DNA of 64,000 nucleotides from NCBI GenBank assembly GCA_965207455.1, contig CBDBMJ010000003.1:1-64000 (forward strand), read 5' to 3'. The stretch comes from Bdellovibrionota bacterium (GTDB lineage: Bacteria > Bdellovibrionota > UBA1018 > CAIPTA01 > JAALKR01). Position 1 is the first letter of the stretch, and every line of letters starts with the position of its first letter. Under the pieces are notes generated by a model. The model did no database searches. It was not told where the DNA came from and was given only the letters and a program-made list of their open reading frames with translations. The position numbers were made by a program, and so were the translations under genes. Below are positions 1 through 9,524 of the stretch, piece after piece.

Positions 1-1141
1 TGTATTTTTTGGAAGGTAGTTTCTCTAGTCCCTGAAAGCACTTCATTTGGCGGTGAGATTCTTCAATTTCTGTGCGCAAGTCATACGTGCTTAAAACTGC
101 CTTTGCTGATTTATTTTTCCTAGTATCTGCAAAAATAATGTTTTCTTCCTCACCGTTTCTCTTTGTAAAATTAACTAATACACCACTTTTAAATACAGAA
201 AACGATTTCCAGTCCAAATCGTCCTCCTTAAGTTCCTTTATTCTTTGTTTGTGTCTTGTGGGGTGAGGTGCCCATTTATTTTCTGCCAAAGCTTCAGCAA
301 CTGCGTATTTACTTACCTCTAAACTCTTTTTTAAGGGAATGCAGACATCAATTCCACGATCCTGCTTTAAAGAGGTTATCCATTTGCTATCTAAAAAACC
401 TCTATCCATGATTAAAACGGAATCTCTTTCAAAATTAAAGTTCTTTACCAGTTCTCTTCCAAGGGGAAGGTCATGCTCATTGATAGGGGAAAATTTCATT
501 GCACGAATAATTCCCTTTCGGTCGATGATTTCTTGAATCCAGACAACCTTATATCCATACTCAGAATTATTCTCCGCATTTTTTAAAACTCCAGCACCTT
601 GAAAACTTTCGAAAAGATGTTTTGGAATATGTAACTTAGTTCCATCAATAATATAGTGATGAGTTCTTCCAACCGACTGCTCTTTGAATATATTATTTAG
701 GATACCATTAAACCAATCTACTATATCCCCTGCCCTAGTTGATAGTAAGACGTGTTTTAGAGTCTCTCCATGAAATGCAACCTCTCTAGGGTACTTATTT
801 TTTCTATTAAACCCATCTTCCAGCACTTTAGCTGAGTATCCTAATTTAGCTATTAGCTCTGCTGAATTTAACATATAAGGTGCTGAAACTAACGAGTGTT
901 CATCATTTAGCCGTTGAATAATCTGCGCTAATAAAAGAAACTCAATAGGAACTTCATATCTTTTTCTTGGATCAGGAAAGGACTTTAATACATCCTGCAA
1001 GAACCCTTCATCGAGAGCATATTTGGCAATGGAATCGACCGGCATTTTTTGACTTATTCTAACAGACTCTATAATGCCTTTCTTCAGTGATTCAATCGTC
1101 TTTTTCTTATCATTTTTTATTATTGGTAGATCAGGAAACAT
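1..1141 (-). CDS. IS4-superfamily DDE transposase, 3' end outside window
   Basis: My own translation of the open minus-strand frame from ATG at 1141 (MFPDLPIIKNDKKK...) to the window edge; not in the ORF track. Contains YIIDGTKL, LIMDRGF and YDLRTEIEESHRQMK (D, D and YxxRxxxE-x6-K motifs). Confidence 0.8.
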   Translation of the reverse strand, partial: MFPDLPIIKNDKKKTIESLKKGIIESVRISQKMPVDSIAKYALDEGFLQDVLKSFPDPRKRYEVPIEFLLLAQIIQRLNDEHSLVSAPYMLNSAELIAKLGYSAKVLEDGFNRKNKYPREVAFHGETLKHVLLSTRAGDIVDWFNGILNNIFKEQSVGRTHHYIIDGTKLHIPKHLFESFQGAGVLKNAENNSEYGYKVVWIQEIIDRKGIIRAMKFSPINEHDLPLGRELVKNFNFERDSVLIMDRGFLDSKWITSLKQDRGIDVCIPLKKSLEVSKYAVAEALAENKWAPHPTRHKQRIKELKEDDLDWKSFSVFKSGVLVNFTKRNGEEENIIFADTRKNKSAKAVLSTYDLRTEIEESHRQMKCFQGLEKLPSKKY

Positions 1142-1365
1142 TCTAAAAGGTTAAATTATTTTTGATCAAAACGCATGATTATTTTTCATACACGGTATTG
1201 GGGTTCAAATGAAGAATTTTTCAACACCGTTTCTTGTATTTATTTTTTCTTTGACACGAATTCTCTCCGTTTCACAAAAATAATAAAAATGTCTCTAAAG
1301 GTATTACGGATTCCGACCGTTTTAAACAAGTGTAAGTTGGAAGAATAATTTTTAGGAGACTCATA

Positions 1366-4300
1366 ATGAATAACTTGTTTGTGAAAATGGTCGGAACTTT
1401 TTGTAGTTCATCTTATATGTATTTAGGTTGGGTCTTAAAAAATCTATGTAGCAGTGGAACATTGGCGTGTAAAAGCCTCAATCTCCACATAATACCGTTT
1501 ATACTGTTTGCTTCCCTTGTTGGTTGTAGCAGTAGCGATTCGGGTAGTAATTCGTCGCCCTCTAATTCACTGACTCCTAGTTTGCCGCCTGAATTTGCTA
1601 TCGAAATAGAAGGAATTAATCCTGATGAAGGCATATACTACTCTAAGAACTCATCACCAGCTTTTAAGTTTTCCAATGTGAAGGATGGAGCATCGGTCAG
1701 CCTACATAAAACAGAGGAATGTGCTGGAGAATCAGTGAGTTCAGATTTAATCCCGGCAGATGGTCAAGTGTCTGTAGGGCTAAAAAACTCCATTACTGCT
1801 GATGGAGAATATACTTATTATGCAAAACACGCCAATGGGGCAGAGGTCTTTGATTGCTTAGAAATAAAATACCATTTAGACACGCTAGCGCCAGCAGAAC
1901 CAGCAATAGCATTTGCCGAAGGAACCACCAGTCCTTCATCTGACAATACCAATCCCAGCTTTCTTATTTCTAGTATAGAAATTGGAGCAATAGTTAGTCT
2001 ACATACAGACAGTGCGTGCAGTGCTGAGGCAGTAGCATTAGGCACAGCTACCGATGATTCTATTACACTAACACTACAGACTGCTCTAAGTAGCGATGGA
2101 ATATACAACTATTATGCAAAACAGGTGGATAGAGTTGGTAATATTTCTGACTGCTCCAGTGCAGGTGTGGATTATGAGTTGGATTCAACGGCTCCTAACG
2201 CACCAACGATAGGATTAGCTCAAGGAACCGTCAGTCCATCAAATAATACAACACCTAGTTTTGTGCTGTCTGATGTAGAAGATGGTGCTCTAGTTAGCCT
2301 ACACACTGATGATCAATGTATGGAGGCAAATAAAGTAACATCAGGCACAGCTAGTAGCGACTCTATTACATTAACACTACAGACTGCTCTAAGTGCCGAT
2401 GGAACCTATACCTATTTTGCAAAACAGGTGGATGGAATTGGTAATATTTCTAGCTGCTCCAGTGAAGGTTTCGATTATAAGTTGAATACAAATGTATTGC
2501 TACCAATAACATCATTAGCTCAAGGAACCGTTAACCCATCAAGCAATACAACACCTGGTTTTATGGTGTCTAATATAAAAAATGGTGCTCTAGTTAGCCT
2601 ACACACTGATGATCAATGTGCAGAGGCAAGTAAAGTAGAATCAGGCACAGCTACCGGTGATTCTATTACACTAACACTACAGACTGCTCTAAGTAGTGAT
2701 GGAACCTATACCTATTATGCAAAGCAAGTGGATGGAGGGAGTAATATTTCTCCCTGTTCTAATGGTATAAGTTATACATTAGACACAATAGCTCTCATAC
2801 CCACCTTATCACTAGTAACATCCAGTCTCTCTAATAATCCCACTCCAACTTTTAATCTAGGGAATTTAGAGACTGGAGGTAGCGTTGGATTATATTCTGA
2901 CGATAGTTGCAGCACCTTGGCACAGGATTTGATTGAAATAACAGAAGAAAGCATGGAGATAACTCTATCTACATCATTAATCAGTAGTGGTACCTATTCT
3001 TATTTTGCAAAGCAGGTGGATAGAGCTGGTAATATTTCTGGCTGCTCCAGTGCAGGTGTGGATTATGAGTTGGATTCAACGGCTCCTAGCGCACCAACGA
3101 TAGGATTAGCTCAAGGAATCAGCAGCCCATCAAATAATACAACACCTAGTTTTGTGGTATCTGATGTAGAGGATGGTGCTCTAGTTAGCTTACACACTGA
3201 TAATCAATGTGCAGAGGCAAATAAAATAAGGTCAGGCACAGCTACAGGTAACTCTATTGTATTAATATTACAGACCGCTCTAAGTATCGATGGAACCTAT
3301 ACCTATTATGCAAAACAGATAGATAGAGCTGGTAATATTTCTGGCTGCTCCAGTGCAAGTGTGGATTATGAGTTGGATTCAACGGCTCCTGGCGCACCAA
3401 CGATAGGATTAGCTCAAGGAACCGTCAGTCCATCAAATAATACAACACCTAGTTTTGTGGTGTCTGGTGTAGAAGATGGTGCTCTAGTTAGCTTACACAC
3501 TGATGATCAATGTGCAGAGGCAAATATAGAATCAGGCACAGCTACCGGTGATTCTATTACACTAACACTACAGACTGCTCTAAGTATCGATGAAACCTAT
3601 ACCTATTTTGCAAAACAAGTGGATAGAGCTGGTAATATTTCTGACTGCTCCAGTGAAGGTTTGGATTATGAATTGGATACAAGTGCATTGACACCAACGA
3701 TAGGATTAGCTCAAGGAACCGTCAGTCCATCAAATAATACAACACCTAGTTTTGTGGTGTCTGATGTAGAAAATGGTGCTCTAGTTAGCCTACACACTGA
3801 TGTTCAATGTACAGAGGCAAGTAAAGTAGAATCAGGCACAGCTAGTGGCGACTCTATTACATTAACACTACAGACTGCTCTAAGTATCAATAAAACCTAT
3901 ACCTATTATGCAAAACAAGTGGATGGAGGGAGTAATGTTTCTCCTTGTTCCAATGATATTGGTTATACGTTAGACACAATAGCTCTCATACCCACCTTAT
4001 CACTAGTAACACCGGACCCCTCTAATAATCCCAATCCAGTTTTTAGTCTGGGGAATTTAGAGATTGGAGGTAGCGTTGGATTATATTCTGACGATAGTTG
4101 CAGTACCTTGGCACAAGATTCCATTGGAATAACAGCAGAAAGCATGGAAATAACTCTATCTGTGCTTTTAGTTAATTATAACACTTACTCCTATCATACG
4201 AGACAAACAGACAGTTTCGGTAATGTTTCAGATTGCTCCAGCGCTATATCTTATGAATTTTTCGCTCCTTTTGAATCTGTTTGGCGTGTTGGAGTTGAAG

Positions 4301-5676
4301 GATATGGTGATGAAGATCAAAGTGTGACTCTTCCTCTAAGAGAGTATGATGGAAATGAAAATAACTTTGATTACGATTTCACCGTTTATTGGGGGGATGG
4401 CTCTAAAGAAACAGTTACAGCCTTTAGTAATGATATTACCCATGAATACACAAATCCAGGAGACTATACAATTAAAATAATAGGTCCAAAGCTTCCGGCT
4501 TGGTATTTTAATGATAAAGGAGATAAAAATAAAATAATTGAGGTAAAAAATCTTGGAGAAGTGGGCTGGAAAAATTTAGATTCTGCTTTCATGGGGTGCA
4601 AGAAGCTCACTGAATTTACTACTGGCACCACAGACACCTCTCAAGTGACAAATATGTATGCTATGTTTTATTATACCTTTAGCTTAACTTCGCTTGATTT
4701 ATCTGATTTTAATACCTCTAATATAACTAATATGAGTCGGATGTTTTATTATGCTTCAGAACTAACTACCCTTAACTTATCTGGCTGGGATACCTCTAGT
4801 GTAATAGATATGCATAATATGTTTGCTTATGCTTCAAAACTAACTACCCTTAACTTATCTGGCTGGGATACCTCTAGTGTAATAGATATGCATAATATGT
4901 TTAATGCTTCAGGTTTAGAGTCCCTTGATTTATCTCATTTTGTTACCTCTAGTGTAATATATATGCATAATATGTTTGCTTATGCTTCAAAACTAACTAC
5001 CCTTAACTTATCTGGCTGGGATGTTTCTAATGTAACGGATATGAGCGCTATGTTTAATGCTATTCCAAGTTTGACTTCTCTTGATTTATCTCATTTTGTT
5101 ACCTCTAATGTAACAGATATGAGCGAGATGTTTTATTATGCTTCGAGTTTAACTTCCCTTGATTTATCTGGCTGGGATACCTCTAATGTAATATATATGC
5201 ATAATATGTTTGCTTATGCTTCAAAACTAACTACCCTTAACTTATCTGGCTGGGATACCTCTAGTGTAATATATATGCATAATATGTTTGATTATGCTTC
5301 AGGTTTAGAGTCCCTTGATTTATCTCATTTTAATACCTCTAGTGTAATAGATATGCATAATATGTTTGATTATGCTTCAGGTTTAGAGTCCCTTGATTTA
5401 TCCAATTGGGATACCTCTAATGTAACGAATATGCAGTCTATGTTTGATTATGCTTCAGGTTTAGAGTCCCTTGATTTATCCAATTGGGATACCTCTAATG
5501 TAACGAATATGCTGTCTATGTTTTCTAATACTTCAAGTTTAGTGTCTCTCAATTTATCTGGTTGGGATGTTTCCACTGTGAAGTTCTCTTACAGCATATT
5601 TGATAATACTCATGCTGATCTTGCGCTCACTTGTTCTGACGGTGCAACTGCTTTTTTTGGGAAAGACTGTCAGTAA
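1366..5676 (+). CDS. Surface lipoprotein copy 1: about 9 Ig-like (~100 aa, Cys-pair) repeats, PKD-like domain, about 12 BspA/DUF285-type repeats
   Basis: 1436-aa ORF with AGGAG RBS, lipobox LVG|C54, ...YELDSTAP.APT... repeats, DFTVYWGDG, and WDTSNVTNMxxMF repeats. Confidence 0.85.
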   Translation: MNNLFVKMVGTFCSSSYMYLGWVLKNLCSSGTLACKSLNLHIIPFILFASLVGCSSSDSGSNSSPSNSLTPSLPPEFAIEIEGINPDEGIYYSKNSSPAFKFSNVKDGASVSLHKTEECAGESVSSDLIPADGQVSVGLKNSITADGEYTYYAKHANGAEVFDCLEIKYHLDTLAPAEPAIAFAEGTTSPSSDNTNPSFLISSIEIGAIVSLHTDSACSAEAVALGTATDDSITLTLQTALSSDGIYNYYAKQVDRVGNISDCSSAGVDYELDSTAPNAPTIGLAQGTVSPSNNTTPSFVLSDVEDGALVSLHTDDQCMEANKVTSGTASSDSITLTLQTALSADGTYTYFAKQVDGIGNISSCSSEGFDYKLNTNVLLPITSLAQGTVNPSSNTTPGFMVSNIKNGALVSLHTDDQCAEASKVESGTATGDSITLTLQTALSSDGTYTYYAKQVDGGSNISPCSNGISYTLDTIALIPTLSLVTSSLSNNPTPTFNLGNLETGGSVGLYSDDSCSTLAQDLIEITEESMEITLSTSLISSGTYSYFAKQVDRAGNISGCSSAGVDYELDSTAPSAPTIGLAQGISSPSNNTTPSFVVSDVEDGALVSLHTDNQCAEANKIRSGTATGNSIVLILQTALSIDGTYTYYAKQIDRAGNISGCSSASVDYELDSTAPGAPTIGLAQGTVSPSNNTTPSFVVSGVEDGALVSLHTDDQCAEANIESGTATGDSITLTLQTALSIDETYTYFAKQVDRAGNISDCSSEGLDYELDTSALTPTIGLAQGTVSPSNNTTPSFVVSDVENGALVSLHTDVQCTEASKVESGTASGDSITLTLQTALSINKTYTYYAKQVDGGSNVSPCSNDIGYTLDTIALIPTLSLVTPDPSNNPNPVFSLGNLEIGGSVGLYSDDSCSTLAQDSIGITAESMEITLSVLLVNYNTYSYHTRQTDSFGNVSDCSSAISYEFFAPFESVWRVGVEGYGDEDQSVTLPLREYDGNENNFDYDFTVYWGDGSKETVTAFSNDITHEYTNPGDYTIKIIGPKLPAWYFNDKGDKNKIIEVKNLGEVGWKNLDSAFMGCKKLTEFTTGTTDTSQVTNMYAMFYYTFSLTSLDLSDFNTSNITNMSRMFYYASELTTLNLSGWDTSSVIDMHNMFAYASKLTTLNLSGWDTSSVIDMHNMFNASGLESLDLSHFVTSSVIYMHNMFAYASKLTTLNLSGWDVSNVTDMSAMFNAIPSLTSLDLSHFVTSNVTDMSEMFYYASSLTSLDLSGWDTSNVIYMHNMFAYASKLTTLNLSGWDTSSVIYMHNMFDYASGLESLDLSHFNTSSVIDMHNMFDYASGLESLDLSNWDTSNVTNMQSMFDYASGLESLDLSNWDTSNVTNMLSMFSNTSSLVSLNLSGWDVSTVKFSYSIFDNTHADLALTCSDGATAFFGKDCQ

Positions 5677-5759
5677 GTAGCATTTTATCTTTCCCGAAAA
5701 AACGGACACTTTTACATAATCCATCGGACTCAAATATCCAAGCGAAGAATGTAACAATC

Positions 5760-7128
5760 TCATTTAAGGGCAGCTTGGGCAGCAGCCAGCCTAGCCGCGG
5801 GCACACGAAAGGGGCTACAGCTCACATAATCTAGACCCAGTTTGTGGCAAAAATAAATGGAGCGTACCTCACCCCCATGCTCGCCACAAATACCCAGCTT
5901 CATGTTTTTTTGCACGGAAAGAGCTTTTCTAACAGCAATTTTCATTAATTCCCCCACTCCATCTTCATCGATGGAAACAAAAGGGTCTTCGGGGAAAATA
6001 TTATTTTCCACATAGTCGCCAAGAAATTGTCCGGCATCGTCCCTAGAGATGCCAAAACAGGTTTGGGTAAGATCGTTGGTGCCAAAGCTCAAAAATTCTG
6101 CTTGCCCCAGCTTAGGGTCGGCAATTTTTTCTGCACTTAACGATGCTCGTGGAAGCTCAATCATCGCACCAATGGAGTAGTTTATTTGCATGTTTTGTTC
6201 CTGAAAAACACTTTGAATTTCTTCTTCGCAATAATCCCGTATAAAACGAAGTTCTTTCCAGTGGGAAATAAGCGGCACCATGATTTCTGGCTCCACTACT
6301 ATTTTTTCCGTTCTTTTCAATTCGCAAGCAGCTTCCATAATGGCTCGAACCTGCATCCGATAAATTTCAGGGAAAGAAATTCCTAACCGACAACCCCGGT
6401 GACCCAACATGGGATTAAACTCCGTTAGCATTTCCTTTCGTCGGTGTAAATCTTTCTCGGAGACTTGCATCTCTTTTGCCAAGACCTGCATATCTTCGGG
6501 GTTATTGGGTAAAAATTCATGGAGAGGAGGATCGAGTAAACGAATAGTCACAGGGAGATTTGCCATTTCCCGAAAAATACCTAGAAAATCTTTTCTCTGT
6601 ATGGGCTGGATTTTTGCTAGGGCTAGTTCACGAGATTTTCTATCACTGGCAAGAATTGTTTGGCGCATACTCATAATACGGTCCTTTTCAAAAAACATAT
6701 GTTCTGTACGACACAAACCAATCCCCTCGGCACCAAAACCCCTAGCCACCCTTGCGTCCAATGGGGAATCTCCGTTGGCTCGTACTTTTAGGGTGCGCAC
6801 TTCGTCCGCCCAAGTCATAAAGCGGTGGAAGTCTGGGGGAGGGGTGGGCAATATGGTGCTCACCATTCCATCAATAATTTTTCCTGTGGCACCCTCTATG
6901 GTGAGAACGTCGCCCTCGTGAAATGTTTTATGACCAATAGTGAGCGTTCGGTTCTCGTAGGAAATAATCAATTCGGTGCAACCAGCAATGCAAGGTTTGC
7001 CCATACTTCGTGCCAGAACGGCTGCATGACTGGTCATTCCTCCCCGAGCCGTTACAATCCCTTCCGCAACGTTCATGCCATGAATATCTTCAGGCGACGT
7101 TTCTATTCGCACAAGCAAAACCTTTTCT
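5760..7128 (-). pseudogene. ppdK: 5'-truncated duplicate of pyruvate phosphate dikinase (C-terminal ~455 aa), copy 1
   Basis: Identical to the 3' part of the intact gene (29292-30660) except 1 SNP seen at 7016; truncated exactly at the IS end. Confidence 0.9.
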
Positions 7129-9033
7129 CCTGAGTTCATGCGTAGGATTGCCTTTTCTTTCTAACCTCTCGATATAATTAGCATTTATTTTTTTATTGTT
7201 AAGTGTCTCTTTTAGTTGTCTTCTGAAAATTTTTCCGATACAATGTAAAGAGAAATTAAGGTAAGGAGGAAACAATATGTATATAACAACGCCAAAAAGA
7301 AAAGGTGGAATTACAGTCGTGCGCTTAATGCATGGATACAGAGAGAACGGCAAACTCAAACAAAAGGTAGTAAAAACTATAGGGCAATCAAGGGATCCGG
7401 CTCGGATTGAATACATGAAAAATGCCGCAAAGGAAATGAAGAGAAGCATAGAATCTGGAGAGAAACAAAATATCAACTTTCATGCGCCAATTGCCATGAA
7501 TCTATATAACCTGAAGGGGAAGGTCTCCGTAAACAACGGTGTTCCAGATATTTTAGGCAGTGTATACGATAGGCTAGGTTTCGACAAAATAATTTCGGAT
7601 ACAAGAAAGGATAAAGAATGGAATGAAATTTTAAAATACTGCGTTTTCTCTCGACTCTTAGAACCATCTAGCAAATTAAGATCAATTGAGGTGATTTTAG
7701 ATCAATTTGAAAAAAAAATCAGCCATGATCAGGTATTGAAGATGATGGATCACCTTTCTAAGAGGGAGGAAAAGATAAAAACATATCTATCAAAAAAAAT
7801 GATAGAAGAAAGCAAGACTCTTGATCTCATGCTCTTCGATGTAACAACGTTATATTTTGAGAATATAAATGTTACAGATTTAAAAAATTTTGGTTTCAGT
7901 AAGGACAGTAAATTTAAAGAGGTACAGGTGGTGCTTGCCTTACTCACAGATTCCGAAGGTCTGCCAATTACATACGAAGTATTCCCAGGCAATACAGCAG
8001 AAACAAAAACATTTATTCATTGCATGGAAGATCTCAAGAAGAAATATAAATTAAATAAGATTCGAGTAACTGCGGATAAAGCAATGTTCTCAAAAAAGAA
8101 TTTTTCTTATTTTGAGGATAAAGAAATCCATGGTAATAGCTCTATGGAGTATATTATCTCCTGTCCGTTAAAGAAAATAGCAAAGAAATTACAGGAAGAA
8201 GTTTTAAACTTAGATAACTATACCCTGATAGATGAGGATAGAAGTGCATTTGAATTTCTCAATGATGGCAGAAGAGTAGTGGCTATTCACTCCAGGAAAA
8301 GAGCCGAATTAGATAGGCATAGAAGAGAAAAGTTGCTGGATATGATAAAGAAGCTAGAAGGAAAAAATGGAGAAATTGCAGTAGAAAAACTTACTCGTAA
8401 TAGGGGGGTTAGTAGATTCCTTAAAAAATCAAAAGAAAGTGTAACAGTAAATAAAGAAGCTGTGATAGAGGACGCTCAATGGGACGGCATTGCTGGTCTT
8501 TGCACTAATATAAAAAATGCATCTCCTCGTGATTTAATGTATTCCTATAAAAGATTGTGGAAAATAGAAGAGTCTTTTAGAATCAACAAACATACATTAA
8601 AAATGCGCCCAATCTTCCATCGGCTTTCTAAGAGAATAAAATCTCATATAATGATATGTTTTCTCTCCTATATCATTTTAAGATACACAGAAATTTTCCT
8701 GAAATCTAGGAGGTTTTCCTTTGGTCCTCGAAGTTTTTTAAATACTCTTTCTGATATAAAAACATTGATAGTACAAGAATCTAAAAGTAAAAAGCAATAT
8801 GCTATTCCTGAGGAAATGTCTGAAGAGGGACAAAAGATTTACAAGGCATTTGGAGTAAAACGCAACGAGATAGCGCGCCTGCTATTGGACCCTATCGATC
8901 TTTCCTAGAGCCACATCCAACACATCAGAATAAGGCAGAAAAAGTTAAGTGTCCTCCGAAATAATGTAATGCATAAAGTGTTTATTTTCAGCTACTTGGA
9001 AGTTTCGCGATGCTCCGAACGCATGAGCTCAGG
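7129..9033 (+). mobile_element. IS1634-family insertion sequence, copy 1 (1905 bp)
   Basis: Terminal inverted repeats CCTGAGTTCATGCGT / ACGCATGAGCTCAGG; left boundary defined by comparison with intact ppdK; no target-site duplication visible. Confidence 0.85.
7277..8908 (+). CDS. IS1634-family transposase
   Basis: 543 aa; FDVTTLYFE, GFSKD, YEVFPGNTAE, ADKAM, YKRLWKIEESFR, RPIFHRLSKRIKSHIMICFLSY; AGGAGG RBS. Confidence 0.9.
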   Translation: MYITTPKRKGGITVVRLMHGYRENGKLKQKVVKTIGQSRDPARIEYMKNAAKEMKRSIESGEKQNINFHAPIAMNLYNLKGKVSVNNGVPDILGSVYDRLGFDKIISDTRKDKEWNEILKYCVFSRLLEPSSKLRSIEVILDQFEKKISHDQVLKMMDHLSKREEKIKTYLSKKMIEESKTLDLMLFDVTTLYFENINVTDLKNFGFSKDSKFKEVQVVLALLTDSEGLPITYEVFPGNTAETKTFIHCMEDLKKKYKLNKIRVTADKAMFSKKNFSYFEDKEIHGNSSMEYIISCPLKKIAKKLQEEVLNLDNYTLIDEDRSAFEFLNDGRRVVAIHSRKRAELDRHRREKLLDMIKKLEGKNGEIAVEKLTRNRGVSRFLKKSKESVTVNKEAVIEDAQWDGIAGLCTNIKNASPRDLMYSYKRLWKIEESFRINKHTLKMRPIFHRLSKRIKSHIMICFLSYIILRYTEIFLKSRRFSFGPRSFLNTLSDIKTLIVQESKSKKQYAIPEEMSEEGQKIYKAFGVKRNEIARLLLDPIDLS

Positions 9034-9524
9034 GAAAACTTTTGACTTTATGCGATTGATCCTCTCATTCAAAAAGGAGATTCAGAAAAAGTTAATAAAG
9101 ATTTTCGATGACCTATCAACAGAGATACATTCCACCGCGTACGGTTAGATCATTTTTAAGCTATTCCCAGAATTAATTTTAGAAAAATCCTTTTTCTCTG
9201 GATTCTATTATTCAATTTAGTAAACAGCAGTGAAATTCATAGGCTAAAGTAGCCTGAACGGGTAACTTAGAGATAAATATGGATGTAGCTTGATTCCTAT
9301 ACCCATAAAAATGGAGTTTGAGCAAGGATGATGCACTTATTTCCGTTTCACAGTAAAACTTTTGTGAAATAAAGAGTTTTTCAACACTCTTTCTTGTATT
9401 TATTTTTTCTTTGACACGAATTCTCTCCGTTTCACAAAAATAATAAAAATATCTCTAAAGGTATTACGGATTCCGACCGTTTTAACAAGTGTAAGTTGGA
9501 AGAGTAACTTTTAGGAAGTTTATA

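Noticed and set aside
1251..1290. TTGACA as a sigma70 -35 box for the lipoprotein genes
   Set aside because: No convincing -10 hexamer at 16-18 bp spacing.
4630..5560. Regular 78-bp repeats as a CRISPR array
   Set aside because: In-frame coding repeats of the lipoprotein; no unique spacers and no cas genes.
6186..7133. Plus-strand ORFs (66, 170, 102 aa) repeated in every unit
   Set aside because: Antisense shadows of ppdK; their conservation only reflects the duplication.
7090..7992. Minus-strand ORFs inside the IS1634 element
   Set aside because: Antisense to the transposase, with no recognisable motifs.
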